IMG/VR virus record: IMGVR_UViG_3300047560_001038
Location: 1-61,743 of that record
DNA: 61,743 bases
From: a virus
Taxonomy: Duplodnaviria > Caudoviricetes
Direction: 5' to 3' (one strand)
Positions 24,696 to 35,145 of this stretch are shown here, one piece after another. The translations under genes and the position numbers were made by a program. The notes under the pieces were generated by a model. It was not told the origin of the DNA, ran no database searches, and saw only the letters and a program-made list of their open reading frames with translations. Every line of letters begins with the position of its first letter. Within the stretch, counting starts at the first letter, position 1.

Positions 24696-25019
24696 ATGAC
24701 TACTGAAACTACAAATAATGTTATATCCCCAACTTCCAAGAAATCTGGTAAGGGGATGGGTTCTGTTGCAGACGGAACAATTGGTAGCGTAATTGTCGAA
24801 GCAGAAGACGTTGCCAAACCAAAGGTTACAAACCGAACATCTGGCTCAGACAGCGAAAAGGTTGCAGTATATTCAACTCGCAATGTTAGTTGGCAAGATG
24901 TTGGGGTACTTAGTAAGGGATATAATATCCTAACTAAAGAGAAGGCTGATATCTGGCTCAAGAGAGACCACGTAAGACTGGCTACACCAGAAGAGCTTGC
25001 TAAGGAGTTTGACAAGTAA
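24696..25019 (+). CDS. Hypothetical head-associated protein
   Basis: SD AGGAGG; VRLATPEEL motif; position after capsid. Confidence 0.65.
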   Translation: MTTETTNNVISPTSKKSGKGMGSVADGTIGSVIVEAEDVAKPKVTNRTSGSDSEKVAVYSTRNVSWQDVGVLSKGYNILTKEKADIWLKRDHVRLATPEELAKEFDK

Positions 25020-25020
25020 A

Positions 25021-25929
25021 ATGGAAATTTTGAGGCTTCCCCCATATCCTCTAACTAGCACATGGGATTTACCAGAGGCAAATACTGATTATATTCTATA
25101 TGTTGAGGACTTGGTTGATCACTCAATTGAAACCACAGATATTACGTCAGACGACAATGCAAAATATGACTATGTTATTCCACTAGCAAAAGTACAGTAT
25201 GATCGTAAATTCTTAATTCGTTTCTACGATTCAGACTTTGAGCACATCCTCGTGGAAAGCAACTTGGACATTCTCCGTCCTTATGTTGATCCAGGTATGT
25301 ATACAGATACCCCAACAGAATATGAAGAATACAAAATGCTTGAGCTTGTTGCTCGCTCCATCATTGACAGTGTTGTTTCAGATGGATTCTATAACCACAA
25401 ACAAATTATTCAAGATACTGGACATGGAACTGACTACTTTCCTGTCTGGCTAGACGTAAACAGAGTTCTGAAAGTTTGGGAAAACAACGTCCTTGTTTAT
25501 GATTATGAAAATGAGTCGGACTATGAAAATAAGTATCTGGTTACTCTTGACAACTCTGCAATTTTAAAATATTCTGCAGATCAAATTGACAGAATGGAAA
25601 AGGCCGCTCCTCGTTTGCCACTAGCAATCGGAGACCTTGGTTTTTATGGACGATCTGGTGCTACATTCCCCAAGGGATTCGACTACATCTTCCTAATCGA
25701 TACTGGATACAAGGCAGTGCCACCAGACATTGAATATGCTACTAGGCTACTAATTGACGACATAAAGTGTGGAAAGTTAGATTACTACAAGCGATACGTT
25801 ACATCCTATAACACCGATGATTTCCAAATCAAGTTTGCTGATAGACAATTCGACGGTACTGGAAACTTTGTTGTAGACAAGATCCTTGAGAAGTATGCTA
25901 ACAGAATCACCAAGCTAGGAATCGTATAA
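25021..25929 (+). CDS. Head-to-tail adaptor
   Basis: ELVARSIID and GYKAVPPDIEYATRLL motifs; synteny. Confidence 0.7.
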   Translation: MEILRLPPYPLTSTWDLPEANTDYILYVEDLVDHSIETTDITSDDNAKYDYVIPLAKVQYDRKFLIRFYDSDFEHILVESNLDILRPYVDPGMYTDTPTEYEEYKMLELVARSIIDSVVSDGFYNHKQIIQDTGHGTDYFPVWLDVNRVLKVWENNVLVYDYENESDYENKYLVTLDNSAILKYSADQIDRMEKAAPRLPLAIGDLGFYGRSGATFPKGFDYIFLIDTGYKAVPPDIEYATRLLIDDIKCGKLDYYKRYVTSYNTDDFQIKFADRQFDGTGNFVVDKILEKYANRITKLGIV

Positions 25930-26375
25930 TGATATGCGAATCAACAGACTTTATGTATCCACTTCTAGCAGACGTATATTTTCCAATCGTCACACAAGAT
26001 GGATATGGTTCAGTTAACAAGCAATGGACACTAGATAGAACTGTCGCATGTTCTCTTGCAAGTGTTTCAAGAAAGGCTCGTGCCGAAGTCACCGTTGATG
26101 TTGAAATTCTACTTGACGGAATGCTTGTAGGTAAAGTAAAGAAAGATCTTAGAATTGATAGCACTGGTACTGAGAATGCAATTACAAATGTAATTCTTAC
26201 AAATGTGCGTGATGCAAATGGCAACATTCTTCATTTAGAGACCGCAGGTCCACGAAAAGGCAAGGGAACAATTTTTGAGGTTGCAAAGAATGAACCAATT
26301 GTTGGACCATTTGGTTCTGTAGAATACTGGAGAATTCTTCTTCGCAGATCAGAAAACCAGGGGGTTGACGTATGA
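25929..26375 (+). CDS. Head-to-tail stopper
   Basis: QDGYGSVNKQW motif; synteny. Confidence 0.6.
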   Translation: MICESTDFMYPLLADVYFPIVTQDGYGSVNKQWTLDRTVACSLASVSRKARAEVTVDVEILLDGMLVGKVKKDLRIDSTGTENAITNVILTNVRDANGNILHLETAGPRKGKGTIFEVAKNEPIVGPFGSVEYWRILLRRSENQGVDV

Positions 26376-27052
26376 TTTCGGTAACCTTTGATGATCGTGA
26401 ATTTGTTAAAAAGTTTAACAACTTAGTAAATTACTCTCTTGGATTTTTGGATGGTGTCCAGACAGGCAAGATGCAGTTTCTTTCATCTCTAGGTTTAGCA
26501 ATGAAGGAAATGCTTATGGAATACCTAGATTCGTCTGCACGAGCAAACCCAGCATCCCTACATCATGTTTACGAGTGGTATCAGACTGGCAGTCCAGATG
26601 CAAGACTATATGAGATTGATTACCGTGTAAGTAATGTAGGACTATCGTTCGACTATACATTTAGACAATCCACATCGGTTAAGCAGGGATCGTCAATACC
26701 ATTTTACGACAAGGCTAGAATCATGGAAGCTGGAATTCCTGTAGTCATTAGACCACGCAAAGCAGATGTCCTAGCCTTTGAGGTAGATGGCAAAACAGTT
26801 TTTACAAAGAACCCAGTAAGAGTTGAAAACCCTGGTGGTGCTGGAGTTGAGGGAAGCTTCTCAGAAACTTTCCAATCATTTTTCTCACGATACTTTACAC
26901 AGGCATTTTTACAGACTAGCGGAATAATGTCATACATTCAGGAAGCAAGAGACTTTAGACGATATGTTATTTCTGGAATGAATGGCGGAGGCAAGGGTCT
27001 TGGTTTTAAAGTTGGGTATCGATGGATCGCAAAGGCAGGTGAGCTTGGGTAA
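26372..27052 (+). CDS. Neck/tail completion protein
   Basis: IRPRKADVLAFEVDGKTVF...V..PG motif; synteny. Confidence 0.55.
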   Translation: MISVTFDDREFVKKFNNLVNYSLGFLDGVQTGKMQFLSSLGLAMKEMLMEYLDSSARANPASLHHVYEWYQTGSPDARLYEIDYRVSNVGLSFDYTFRQSTSVKQGSSIPFYDKARIMEAGIPVVIRPRKADVLAFEVDGKTVFTKNPVRVENPGGAGVEGSFSETFQSFFSRYFTQAFLQTSGIMSYIQEARDFRRYVISGMNGGGKGLGFKVGYRWIAKAGELG

Positions 27053-27624
27053 TGGCTATTTACTATCCCCCAGTTTTTATTAATAAATATTTGCAAGAGA
27101 AACTTGCTGTTAATGGGTTTGGAGCAATTCCAATGTTTCCAACATATCCAAGCGATTTTAATATCGCTAATGACTTTACACTAGATGTGCTTCACGGTGG
27201 TGGACCAACCAGATATAGCTTCCAGGGACAAGCTGCGGTATTTGACAGAATGTTCAGGGTACGTAGACGAGTATTCCCACACATCAAGTGCGAACAAACA
27301 CTTTACTATTTTTATGCACTTACAGAAACAGCAGTAACTAACATAATTGAGATAACTCAACACATCCAGGACCTGCTTGACGCACAAGATGAATCAGCAC
27401 AGGATCTTAATAAGTGGATTGCATCTAAAGTATCTGGCACAATTACTGTAGATGGAAAAGAACACAAGAAGGTAACATTTGATGGTACAGATTTCTTGGT
27501 TCCATATTTCCATTCCGTTAAAGCTTATCAGCTTGAAGAAACAAGAGACATTGTTGATTTTGGTACTGCTAGAACATATGCAAGCAATAAGATAATTATC
27601 GACTACGACTGGCATAAATCCTAA
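27052..27624 (+). CDS. Putative tail terminator
   Basis: Position immediately before the major tail gene. Confidence 0.5.
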   Translation: MAIYYPPVFINKYLQEKLAVNGFGAIPMFPTYPSDFNIANDFTLDVLHGGGPTRYSFQGQAAVFDRMFRVRRRVFPHIKCEQTLYYFYALTETAVTNIIEITQHIQDLLDAQDESAQDLNKWIASKVSGTITVDGKEHKKVTFDGTDFLVPYFHSVKAYQLEETRDIVDFGTARTYASNKIIIDYDWHKS

Positions 27625-27690
27625 TAAATGACCAGTATACTGGTATAGAGGAAACCCACCCATATTCTTTAGAAAAAGAGGTGAAAAAAT

Positions 27691-28365
27691 ATGGTATATA
27701 CACGTGGTACAAGTGCTAACATCATCGTTGGTGCAGCAGCACTTTTTACATACGAGGCAGGTCCAATTGGTCTTGACGCACAAGGCAAGATCACAGACAC
27801 TCAGGCAGGTACAGACCTTCCTGCATTCGCTGACGGTACAGATTACGTACAGACTCTTTCAAACGATGCAGACTTCCGTAACGTTGGTTACACCAGCAAC
27901 GGTCTTGAGCTTCAGTTCCAGCCCGACTTCGGTGAAGTTCGTGTTGACCAGGTTCTTGACGTAGCCAAGCTTTACAAGCAGGGCATGCAGGTCAACCTTA
28001 ACACAACATTCGCAGAAGCAACACTAGAGAACCTTCTCTTTGCTGTCGCAGGTCAGGGAACTGATCTTACAGACACAAAGAGTTCAAACGGCCTTAACAG
28101 CCTAAGACTCTCAGCAGGTAACATCGGTGAATGTCCTGTTGAGCGTGGTCTCGTTGCAGTCGGTCCAGGTACTGGTGACTGTGCAGATTCTCCCGATTAC
28201 GAGCGTATCTACACTGCTTACCGTGCTCTCTCAATTGAGAACGTCTCAGTATCAGCAAAGCGTGATGAAGCAACAATGTTTGAGGTTTCATTCCGTCTTC
28301 TCCCTAACGACGACGCATCCTACGGCAAGATCGTAGACCGTTACGTTCCTGGAGCAATTTCCTAA
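27691..28365 (+). CDS. Major tail (tube) protein
   Basis: NIIVGAA, NVGYTSNGLE and TTFAEATLENL motifs; SD GAGGTG. Confidence 0.85.
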   Translation: MVYTRGTSANIIVGAAALFTYEAGPIGLDAQGKITDTQAGTDLPAFADGTDYVQTLSNDADFRNVGYTSNGLELQFQPDFGEVRVDQVLDVAKLYKQGMQVNLNTTFAEATLENLLFAVAGQGTDLTDTKSSNGLNSLRLSAGNIGECPVERGLVAVGPGTGDCADSPDYERIYTAYRALSIENVSVSAKRDEATMFEVSFRLLPNDDASYGKIVDRYVPGAIS

Positions 28366-28377
28366 TTTAATAGACAT

Positions 28378-28413
28378 TACTGCCCTGGCTTCGGCTGGGG
28401 CAGTTTTGTTTTT
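28378..28413 (+). terminator. Intrinsic terminator
   Basis: ACTGCCCTGGC-TTCG-GCTGGGGCAGT followed by a T tract. Confidence 0.85.
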
Positions 28414-28427
28414 GGTACAATTGAAGA

Positions 28428-29108
28428 ATGGCAACAAGCATATATAAATCAGGATTTACAGAATTGGTAGATGGAACAGAGATCTACATGACACCACTCA
28501 AGATTAAATATCTTAGACACTTTCTTCAAGAATTTGAAAAAATTAAAGATTGTCAAAATGACATAGAATCTTTAGAGGTATTGGCAAAATGTGCGACGGT
28601 AGCAATGAAGCAATACTATCCATCTATAAAGACAGTAGAACAGCTAGAGGATAGCGTAGACCTGTCCACCATATATACGATTCTTGAATATGCAGCAGAC
28701 ATTGTATTTAACAGGAAAGACGAACAGGAGCCAGTAAAAGAATCTGTAAAAAAGAAATCTGGATCTTGGGAAGACCTAGACCTAGCAGCCCTTGAATCTG
28801 AAGTATTTATGCTTGGCATTTGGAAAGACTACGAAGAGCTTGAGACATCTCTTTCGCTACCAGAACTAACAGCCATTCTTGAGCAAAAGCGAGAAGCTGA
28901 ATATGAAGACAAAAAGTTTATGGCAGCTCTACAGGGCGTAGACCTTGACCAACAGTCTGGCAAACAGAATGCCTGGGAAGAGATGAAAGCCAGGGTATTT
29001 AGTGGTGGAGCAACAAATGACCCCAATGATATTACAGCCTTCCAGGGTGCAAATGCACAGCAAGCTGGATTTGGAATTGGCATGGGTCTGAGTTATGAAA
29101 AAGTTTAA
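28428..29108 (+). CDS. Tail assembly chaperone, long (GT-like) form
   Basis: N-terminal half paralogous to the 29161 protein; lies between tail tube and tape measure. Confidence 0.7.
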   Translation: MATSIYKSGFTELVDGTEIYMTPLKIKYLRHFLQEFEKIKDCQNDIESLEVLAKCATVAMKQYYPSIKTVEQLEDSVDLSTIYTILEYAADIVFNRKDEQEPVKESVKKKSGSWEDLDLAALESEVFMLGIWKDYEELETSLSLPELTAILEQKREAEYEDKKFMAALQGVDLDQQSGKQNAWEEMKARVFSGGATNDPNDITAFQGANAQQAGFGIGMGLSYEKV

Positions 29109-29160
29109 TTTTTAGATACTTAACTATGCTATAATAAATTGAGCCTATTAGGAGGATAAA

Positions 29161-29475
29161 TTGGCAACTACAGTAAACGAAACCCAGGAAATCACGCTTA
29201 TCGATGGAACAGTCATCGAAGTAAAGCCACTCAAGATTTCCCTTCTCCGTGAATTCATGAAGAAGTTTGAGGGTATTCAGAAGGTCGCAGAGGATAACGA
29301 CAAGTCAATGAATCTGCTCATGGAGTGCGTACAAATCGCCATGAAGCAGTACAAGCCAGAACTCGCAGGAGATCTAGCAGCACTTGAAGATAACATTGAC
29401 CTTCCTACAGTCTACAGAATTGTAGAGGTAGCATCAGGTTATAACCCAGGAGCTATCGCTAGTCTCGTAGGATAA
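29161..29475 (+). CDS. Tail assembly chaperone, short (G-like) form (TTG start)
   Basis: SD GGAGG; own promoter; precedes tape measure. Confidence 0.7.
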   Translation: MATTVNETQEITLIDGTVIEVKPLKISLLREFMKKFEGIQKVAEDNDKSMNLLMECVQIAMKQYKPELAGDLAALEDNIDLPTVYRIVEVASGYNPGAIASLVG

Positions 29476-29496
29476 TCTTTAAAGAGGTGTAAATGA

Positions 29497-32400
29497 ATGG
29501 CTGAAGCTCCAGTAAATATTCCAGTTAACATAGAGACTGGAGCTGCGATTGCAGAACTCAAAAAGCTGCAATCAGCCATTTCATCTTTTCATTCAGGTAT
29601 GGCTGCTGCTGGCAAGGCGGCAAACAACGAGCTTGCCAACATGCAGCAGAACCTGATTAACAATATCAATTCTCTCGGTGGCGGTAATGCATTCGCTGCT
29701 AGAATTGCTAAGGTACGTTCAGAGACTGAGGCATTCACCAGATCTCTTGAACGCAACGATTTTACAATGCGTCAGTTGTTCCGCAACGCTGCAGGATCGA
29801 CAAATGTGTTTGGACGTGCATTTAAGAGTGAATTTGACACAATTCAGAAGGTAGCAGAGTCACGAGTAAGAACTCTGCAGACACAGTACATCAACCTTGG
29901 TCGTGACGCTAGTGGTGCTATGCGAGCTATTGCAGTTCGTCCATTAGCACTCAATATGGATGATCTTGGTACAAGAACTCAGATTGCTGCTCAGAAGATG
30001 CAAATCTTCAATGAAAGCGTTAAACAGGGTGCAACGCAACTTCTAAACTGGGGTAAGAATACACAGTGGGCTGGTCGTCAGCTTATGGTTGGTTTTACAA
30101 TTCCGTTGAGTATGATGGGGGCTGCTGCAGCTAAATCATTCATGGAACTTGAAAAGCAGACAATTGCATTCAAGCGTGTTTATGGAGACCTAAATACAAC
30201 TACTGCACAAACAGAACAAGCTGCAAAAGCTGTACAAGATCTTGCAGTAAACTTTACTCAATATGGTGTTTCGCTAAGCGACACTATGGCACTTGCAGCT
30301 AAGGCTGCTGCTATGGGTAAAACTGGTGCAGACCTTATGGCACAAGTTTCAGAAACAACTCGTCTATCTGTTCTTGGTCAAGTAGATCAGCAACAAGCAC
30401 TTGAAACAACTATCTCTCTTACTAACGCATTCGGTACTGCAGCAGACGAACTTGCAGGAAAGATTGACTTCCTTAACGCAGTCGAAAACCAAACTGTAAC
30501 ATCTATTGACGATCTCACAGTTGCTATTCCAAAGGCTGGTCCAGTCATTCAGCAACTTGGAGGTAATGTAGAAGACCTCACCTTCTTCCTGACAGCGATG
30601 CGTGAAGGTGGCATTAATGCATCTGAAGGTGCTAACGCACTTAAGTCAGGTCTTGCATCAATTATTAACCCAACACAAAAAGCAAAAGATATGCTTGCTG
30701 GATTCGGCATTGATTTGCAGGGTATTGTAGACAAGGACAAGGGTAATGTTAAGCAGATGGTTATCGATATTGCGTCTGCACTCGACAAACTTGACCCAAC
30801 AAATAGAGCACAGGCGATTGAACAGCTATTTGGAAAGTTCCAATTCTCACGTATTTCTACTCTATTCCAAAACGTTATTGCAGAAGGTTCTCAGGCTCAA
30901 AAAGTTCTAGAGTTAACTAGTGCAACATCACAAGAACTTGCAATGCTATCAGAGCGAGAACTTAAAAAGGTTTCAGAGTCAACAACATACAAGTTTGAGC
31001 AAGCACTTGCTAAGTTTCAAACAGCACTGGCCCCTGTCGGAGAACAGTTCCTGAAGATTATCACACCACTGATTGATCTTGGAACTCAAATTCTTGAACA
31101 GTTTAATAGTTGGAGCGATGGTGCAAAGAATTTTGCCACAACTCTTGTAACAGTAATTTTTGGTGCAATGCCAGTGGTAGTTATGATGGTTGGTCTATTC
31201 GCTAACTTCGGATCATTCATTGTGAACCTGATTAGAAAGATTGTCGGATTCTTTGCCTTAGCCAAGAATGGCTTCAAGACTGTTGGTGGAACAATCAACT
31301 ACATGACACAAGAAGAGCTACAGGCAGAAGCTATGGCTGGCTCACTTGACCAGGCACATGCAAAACTTACTCAAAGATTTGATATTCAGAATGAGCACAT
31401 GCAAGCTCTAATGCTTACGTATGATCGATTTATTCAAAAGCAAAAAGATTTGATGGGTATGGTTAATGGCACAATGCCTAGCCAGGCAATTGCTGGTGGA
31501 AGAGTTGGAAACTTTAAAGATGCTCGTAAGACACCAACAACTTTCTCAGTATCTGGTGGAAATTTTGAACAAAAGAGATATTCTGGAATGGCCCTAATGG
31601 GTCCTGGAAATAATGCACAAGGTTTTGGTATTGACAAAGAATGGTTAAAGACAAGCCAGGAAGCAGTAGCATCTTGGAGAGGTGCAATCATTGCTGGAGT
31701 AAATACATCACAGACTGGGCAGAAATTTAATCAAGCTGCAACACCACTACTAGATGAACTTTTAACTACGTATAGAAGTGGAATAGATGGTGCCAAAAAT
31801 GTTGCAGATATCGGTAAGTCAACATATCCTCAAATGAAACAGCAGCTTGCCGATGCCGTAAAGCAGGGAACAATAACCTTAAGAGAAGCTGCAAGAATAA
31901 ACAATTCTTTAAGAATGCTTGTTGCACCAACAGCAAGGCAAATGACACAATATACATCTGCTCCAAGATATGAGGGCGGAATTGCTGAAGATGGATCATC
32001 ATTCCTAAAACGTGCTGGGGCCACAGAAAGAGCTGGAAAGAGTGGCAAGACAGCAAACATTCGTGAAACAAATATTCAGAGAGCATCAATGGGTCTTCCA
32101 CCACTTCTCACTGGAAGGGGTGGATTTCAGTATGCACACATGTCGGACAGTGTTTCTATGGGAACTATATACCAAGAACCAAGAATCAGAACACAAGAGG
32201 GAGAAATTGGAAAAGCATCTGCTGCAATAATTAAAAAAACTCTTGAGTCTGGCGGAACATTGAAGCAAGGACAAGTTATTGTTAATGCAGGAGACGCAAT
32301 TATTAATGATGCAACTCCAGGAACGACTGCTCCAAATCTTAATACTCAGGCTGGAAAGTATAATCCTGCACCTGGCATCTCAGATGTTCCTTATGGTCCA

Positions 32401-35145
32401 ATGACAAAGGGACAGGCACGTAAACAAAAAATTGTTGGAGGCCTTAAGTCGTTTGGATCTAAGTTTGGTAGTGGTGCAGCAGGAATGCTTGCGTATGGTG
32501 TTGGCTCAGTAGCCAGTATGATCCCTGGAGGAGAACAGGTTGCACAGCTTGCAAACATGGTTGGAACAATTGGAATGGTTGTTCAGGGTCTACAAATGAT
32601 GGGTGTTACACTAACTGGTATTCAGGCTGGGTTTGCAACATTTGCTGCAGCTCTTGGTGGACTTGCAATACCACTTACATTGCTTGTTGGAATAATTGGA
32701 GTAGTTGCATATGCTACCTGGCAAGCAAATGAAAATATGAAGCAAGCTGGTATTGAGGCAAACAATGCAGCACTACAGTTTGGTGCAAGTGCAGATTCTA
32801 TGCACAAACTTGCAGAAGAGCAGGGTAAGGTTCTAGCATCTGATGTCGTTGCCAATGAAAGAACAACAGCTATCTCTTCAATAACTGCAGGTGGACAGGT
32901 AGATACACAGGCTGGAAACACGTTCCTTACTACACAAACTGGGAAGGATCTAGCAGATCAAGTAAAAACACAAATAGATGCTGGTGCAGATCAATCCAAG
33001 ATTGGAGAACTTATTGGGCAGAAGCTTTCTCTAGCTGTTATTAATGGACTCATGGACGCTGCTACTGCACGAGGTGCTGCTGCAGAACTTGGTCAAACAT
33101 ACGGTAGTGCAATTGGAATGTCGATTAATCAATCATTAACCGATATTCTTAATTCTAAAGATGGTGCCATTAGTGGACTTGTTCAAAACCAAGTAGCAAA
33201 TGTTGGCGATTCTTTGGCAATTCTTAAAAATGATTCTACAAAAACAGTAGCAACACAGTCACAAACTGGTGGACAATCTGGAACAATGAATGTTTCAACA
33301 TATACTGATGCTGAAAGAAGAGCTGCTGGCGGAGCTGCAATTGGTCAAATGGCAAATATTCGTAATGCTCAAAATGAGGGTCTTGCACAATTAGATCTTG
33401 AATGGCAGAAGAGAAAGGCAATTCTTACACAAGCTGGTGATATGAAAAAGCTCACGGAAGAGCAGAATAAGTATGAATCAGATAGGAATACCCTTCTCGA
33501 TGCGAGCACAAGACAATACCAGCAGCAGTTACTAACTATTGGTGGTCTTACTGCAGATCAAAAGCAAAGTGCTCTATTTGCTGGTACAGATACTATTCTT
33601 AAAAATACTAAGGGTACTGCACAAGAAGGTGCTGCACAAACATCTGTAGACTCAATCCTTGGAATGACAAATCAGACTGTGGCAATTACTGCAACTGCTG
33701 CTCTACAGAGTGGATCGCTTGGTTACGAAACATTTAATAGCCTTATTAATGTCATGGGCAAGGATTCACCAACTATTAGCAAGATTCTAGCACTTGATGC
33801 AAAGCAGGGGCCAGGAACAACAGATATGATTGCTCAGCTTTCTCCAATCATTGGTACAACTGGTACAGATGAAATTACCAAATACCTTACAATTGCTTCA
33901 CATGTTGAGGGACAGGATGCTATGGACTCTGTGATGGAAGTGCTAGACGACCCAGCACTTAATGGAGATGAAAAGCAAGCAGTAATTAAATACATGTCTG
34001 AAAATGCAGATCAGGTATTTGGATTTATTAGTGATTGGGAATCTAAACCACCAAAGGATGAAAAAGAAGCACTTCAATTATTTGCACAAAACGGATACGC
34101 ACAAGTAGCATTTGACTACAATGCCTGGGCCGCACTTGATGATGAACAAAAGAAAGTCTTTACAACAATTTTCCAAGAAGTGATGCAGCAAATTAGGCAA
34201 CAGGTTGGTGAAGGACATATGACTGCAGATGCTGCAGATCGTCAAATTAGAGCTGCTGCAAATACTGCAACACAACAAGCAGCAAGATATAGTTCTACTA
34301 GCAAGACATTGCCTGGTCCATCTGGAGCACAGGATCGTCAGGGTGGTGGCACTGGTGGAGGAAGCGGTGGCGGAGGAAGCAACTCGTCTCAAGATTCTGG
34401 AACACAGGAAGATCCACAACTTGCAAAGCTTAACAAGCAAAAAGATTATGCTGATAAGCAAATGGCTGTTGTTAACCTAAAAGAAAAGGCAATTAATAAA
34501 ACATACGAAGATCGTAAAAAAGCATTGCAAGAAATATTTGATATTCAAAAGCAAATTGCTGAACAGCAGCAAAAGCAGTTGACACTTGCTGACGCACTTT
34601 CAAAGGGTGACATTGCGGCTGCTGCAAGAGCTACACAAGATTATAGAATGTCTGCTGCTGCAAGAGCACAAGATATGCAAATGAAATCACTTGATAAGAG
34701 TCAGCAAAATGCTATTGACAATATCATGGTTAATGGTAAAACAAAGAAACAACTTGAGGATGAACTTACAGCACTTGAAATGAAGATTGCTCTTAGAGAG
34801 CTTGAACTTGCCAAGAAAGATCAAACAACAAAGGCTTACGGTGGAATGATTCGTGGATATTCTGCTGGAGGATTTGTTGCAAGATTCAAGTCGATGGGAA
34901 CAGATACAATCCCTGCCATGCTTACACCAGGAGAATTTGTAGTTAAAAAGCCAGCGGTAGACAAGATTGGTATTAATAGATTAAACAACATCAACTCTGG
35001 AAACACTGGGTCCGAATCAGTGTATAATTATGGTATAACCATTAACGCTGGATATGGAACTGATGCAGATGAAATTGCTAGAGTAGTTATGCAACAGATT
35101 AAGCGTAGTGAGTCTTATGCAATTAAGGGGAACAAGATTAAATGA
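29497..35145 (+). CDS. Tape measure protein
   Basis: 1882 aa, Ala-rich helical; TP901-type core (GANALKS); C-terminal GTDTIPAMLTPGEFVV. Confidence 0.92.
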   Translation: MAEAPVNIPVNIETGAAIAELKKLQSAISSFHSGMAAAGKAANNELANMQQNLINNINSLGGGNAFAARIAKVRSETEAFTRSLERNDFTMRQLFRNAAGSTNVFGRAFKSEFDTIQKVAESRVRTLQTQYINLGRDASGAMRAIAVRPLALNMDDLGTRTQIAAQKMQIFNESVKQGATQLLNWGKNTQWAGRQLMVGFTIPLSMMGAAAAKSFMELEKQTIAFKRVYGDLNTTTAQTEQAAKAVQDLAVNFTQYGVSLSDTMALAAKAAAMGKTGADLMAQVSETTRLSVLGQVDQQQALETTISLTNAFGTAADELAGKIDFLNAVENQTVTSIDDLTVAIPKAGPVIQQLGGNVEDLTFFLTAMREGGINASEGANALKSGLASIINPTQKAKDMLAGFGIDLQGIVDKDKGNVKQMVIDIASALDKLDPTNRAQAIEQLFGKFQFSRISTLFQNVIAEGSQAQKVLELTSATSQELAMLSERELKKVSESTTYKFEQALAKFQTALAPVGEQFLKIITPLIDLGTQILEQFNSWSDGAKNFATTLVTVIFGAMPVVVMMVGLFANFGSFIVNLIRKIVGFFALAKNGFKTVGGTINYMTQEELQAEAMAGSLDQAHAKLTQRFDIQNEHMQALMLTYDRFIQKQKDLMGMVNGTMPSQAIAGGRVGNFKDARKTPTTFSVSGGNFEQKRYSGMALMGPGNNAQGFGIDKEWLKTSQEAVASWRGAIIAGVNTSQTGQKFNQAATPLLDELLTTYRSGIDGAKNVADIGKSTYPQMKQQLADAVKQGTITLREAARINNSLRMLVAPTARQMTQYTSAPRYEGGIAEDGSSFLKRAGATERAGKSGKTANIRETNIQRASMGLPPLLTGRGGFQYAHMSDSVSMGTIYQEPRIRTQEGEIGKASAAIIKKTLESGGTLKQGQVIVNAGDAIINDATPGTTAPNLNTQAGKYNPAPGISDVPYGPMTKGQARKQKIVGGLKSFGSKFGSGAAGMLAYGVGSVASMIPGGEQVAQLANMVGTIGMVVQGLQMMGVTLTGIQAGFATFAAALGGLAIPLTLLVGIIGVVAYATWQANENMKQAGIEANNAALQFGASADSMHKLAEEQGKVLASDVVANERTTAISSITAGGQVDTQAGNTFLTTQTGKDLADQVKTQIDAGADQSKIGELIGQKLSLAVINGLMDAATARGAAAELGQTYGSAIGMSINQSLTDILNSKDGAISGLVQNQVANVGDSLAILKNDSTKTVATQSQTGGQSGTMNVSTYTDAERRAAGGAAIGQMANIRNAQNEGLAQLDLEWQKRKAILTQAGDMKKLTEEQNKYESDRNTLLDASTRQYQQQLLTIGGLTADQKQSALFAGTDTILKNTKGTAQEGAAQTSVDSILGMTNQTVAITATAALQSGSLGYETFNSLINVMGKDSPTISKILALDAKQGPGTTDMIAQLSPIIGTTGTDEITKYLTIASHVEGQDAMDSVMEVLDDPALNGDEKQAVIKYMSENADQVFGFISDWESKPPKDEKEALQLFAQNGYAQVAFDYNAWAALDDEQKKVFTTIFQEVMQQIRQQVGEGHMTADAADRQIRAAANTATQQAARYSSTSKTLPGPSGAQDRQGGGTGGGSGGGGSNSSQDSGTQEDPQLAKLNKQKDYADKQMAVVNLKEKAINKTYEDRKKALQEIFDIQKQIAEQQQKQLTLADALSKGDIAAAARATQDYRMSAAARAQDMQMKSLDKSQQNAIDNIMVNGKTKKQLEDELTALEMKIALRELELAKKDQTTKAYGGMIRGYSAGGFVARFKSMGTDTIPAMLTPGEFVVKKPAVDKIGINRLNNINSGNTGSESVYNYGITINAGYGTDADEIARVVMQQIKRSESYAIKGNKIK

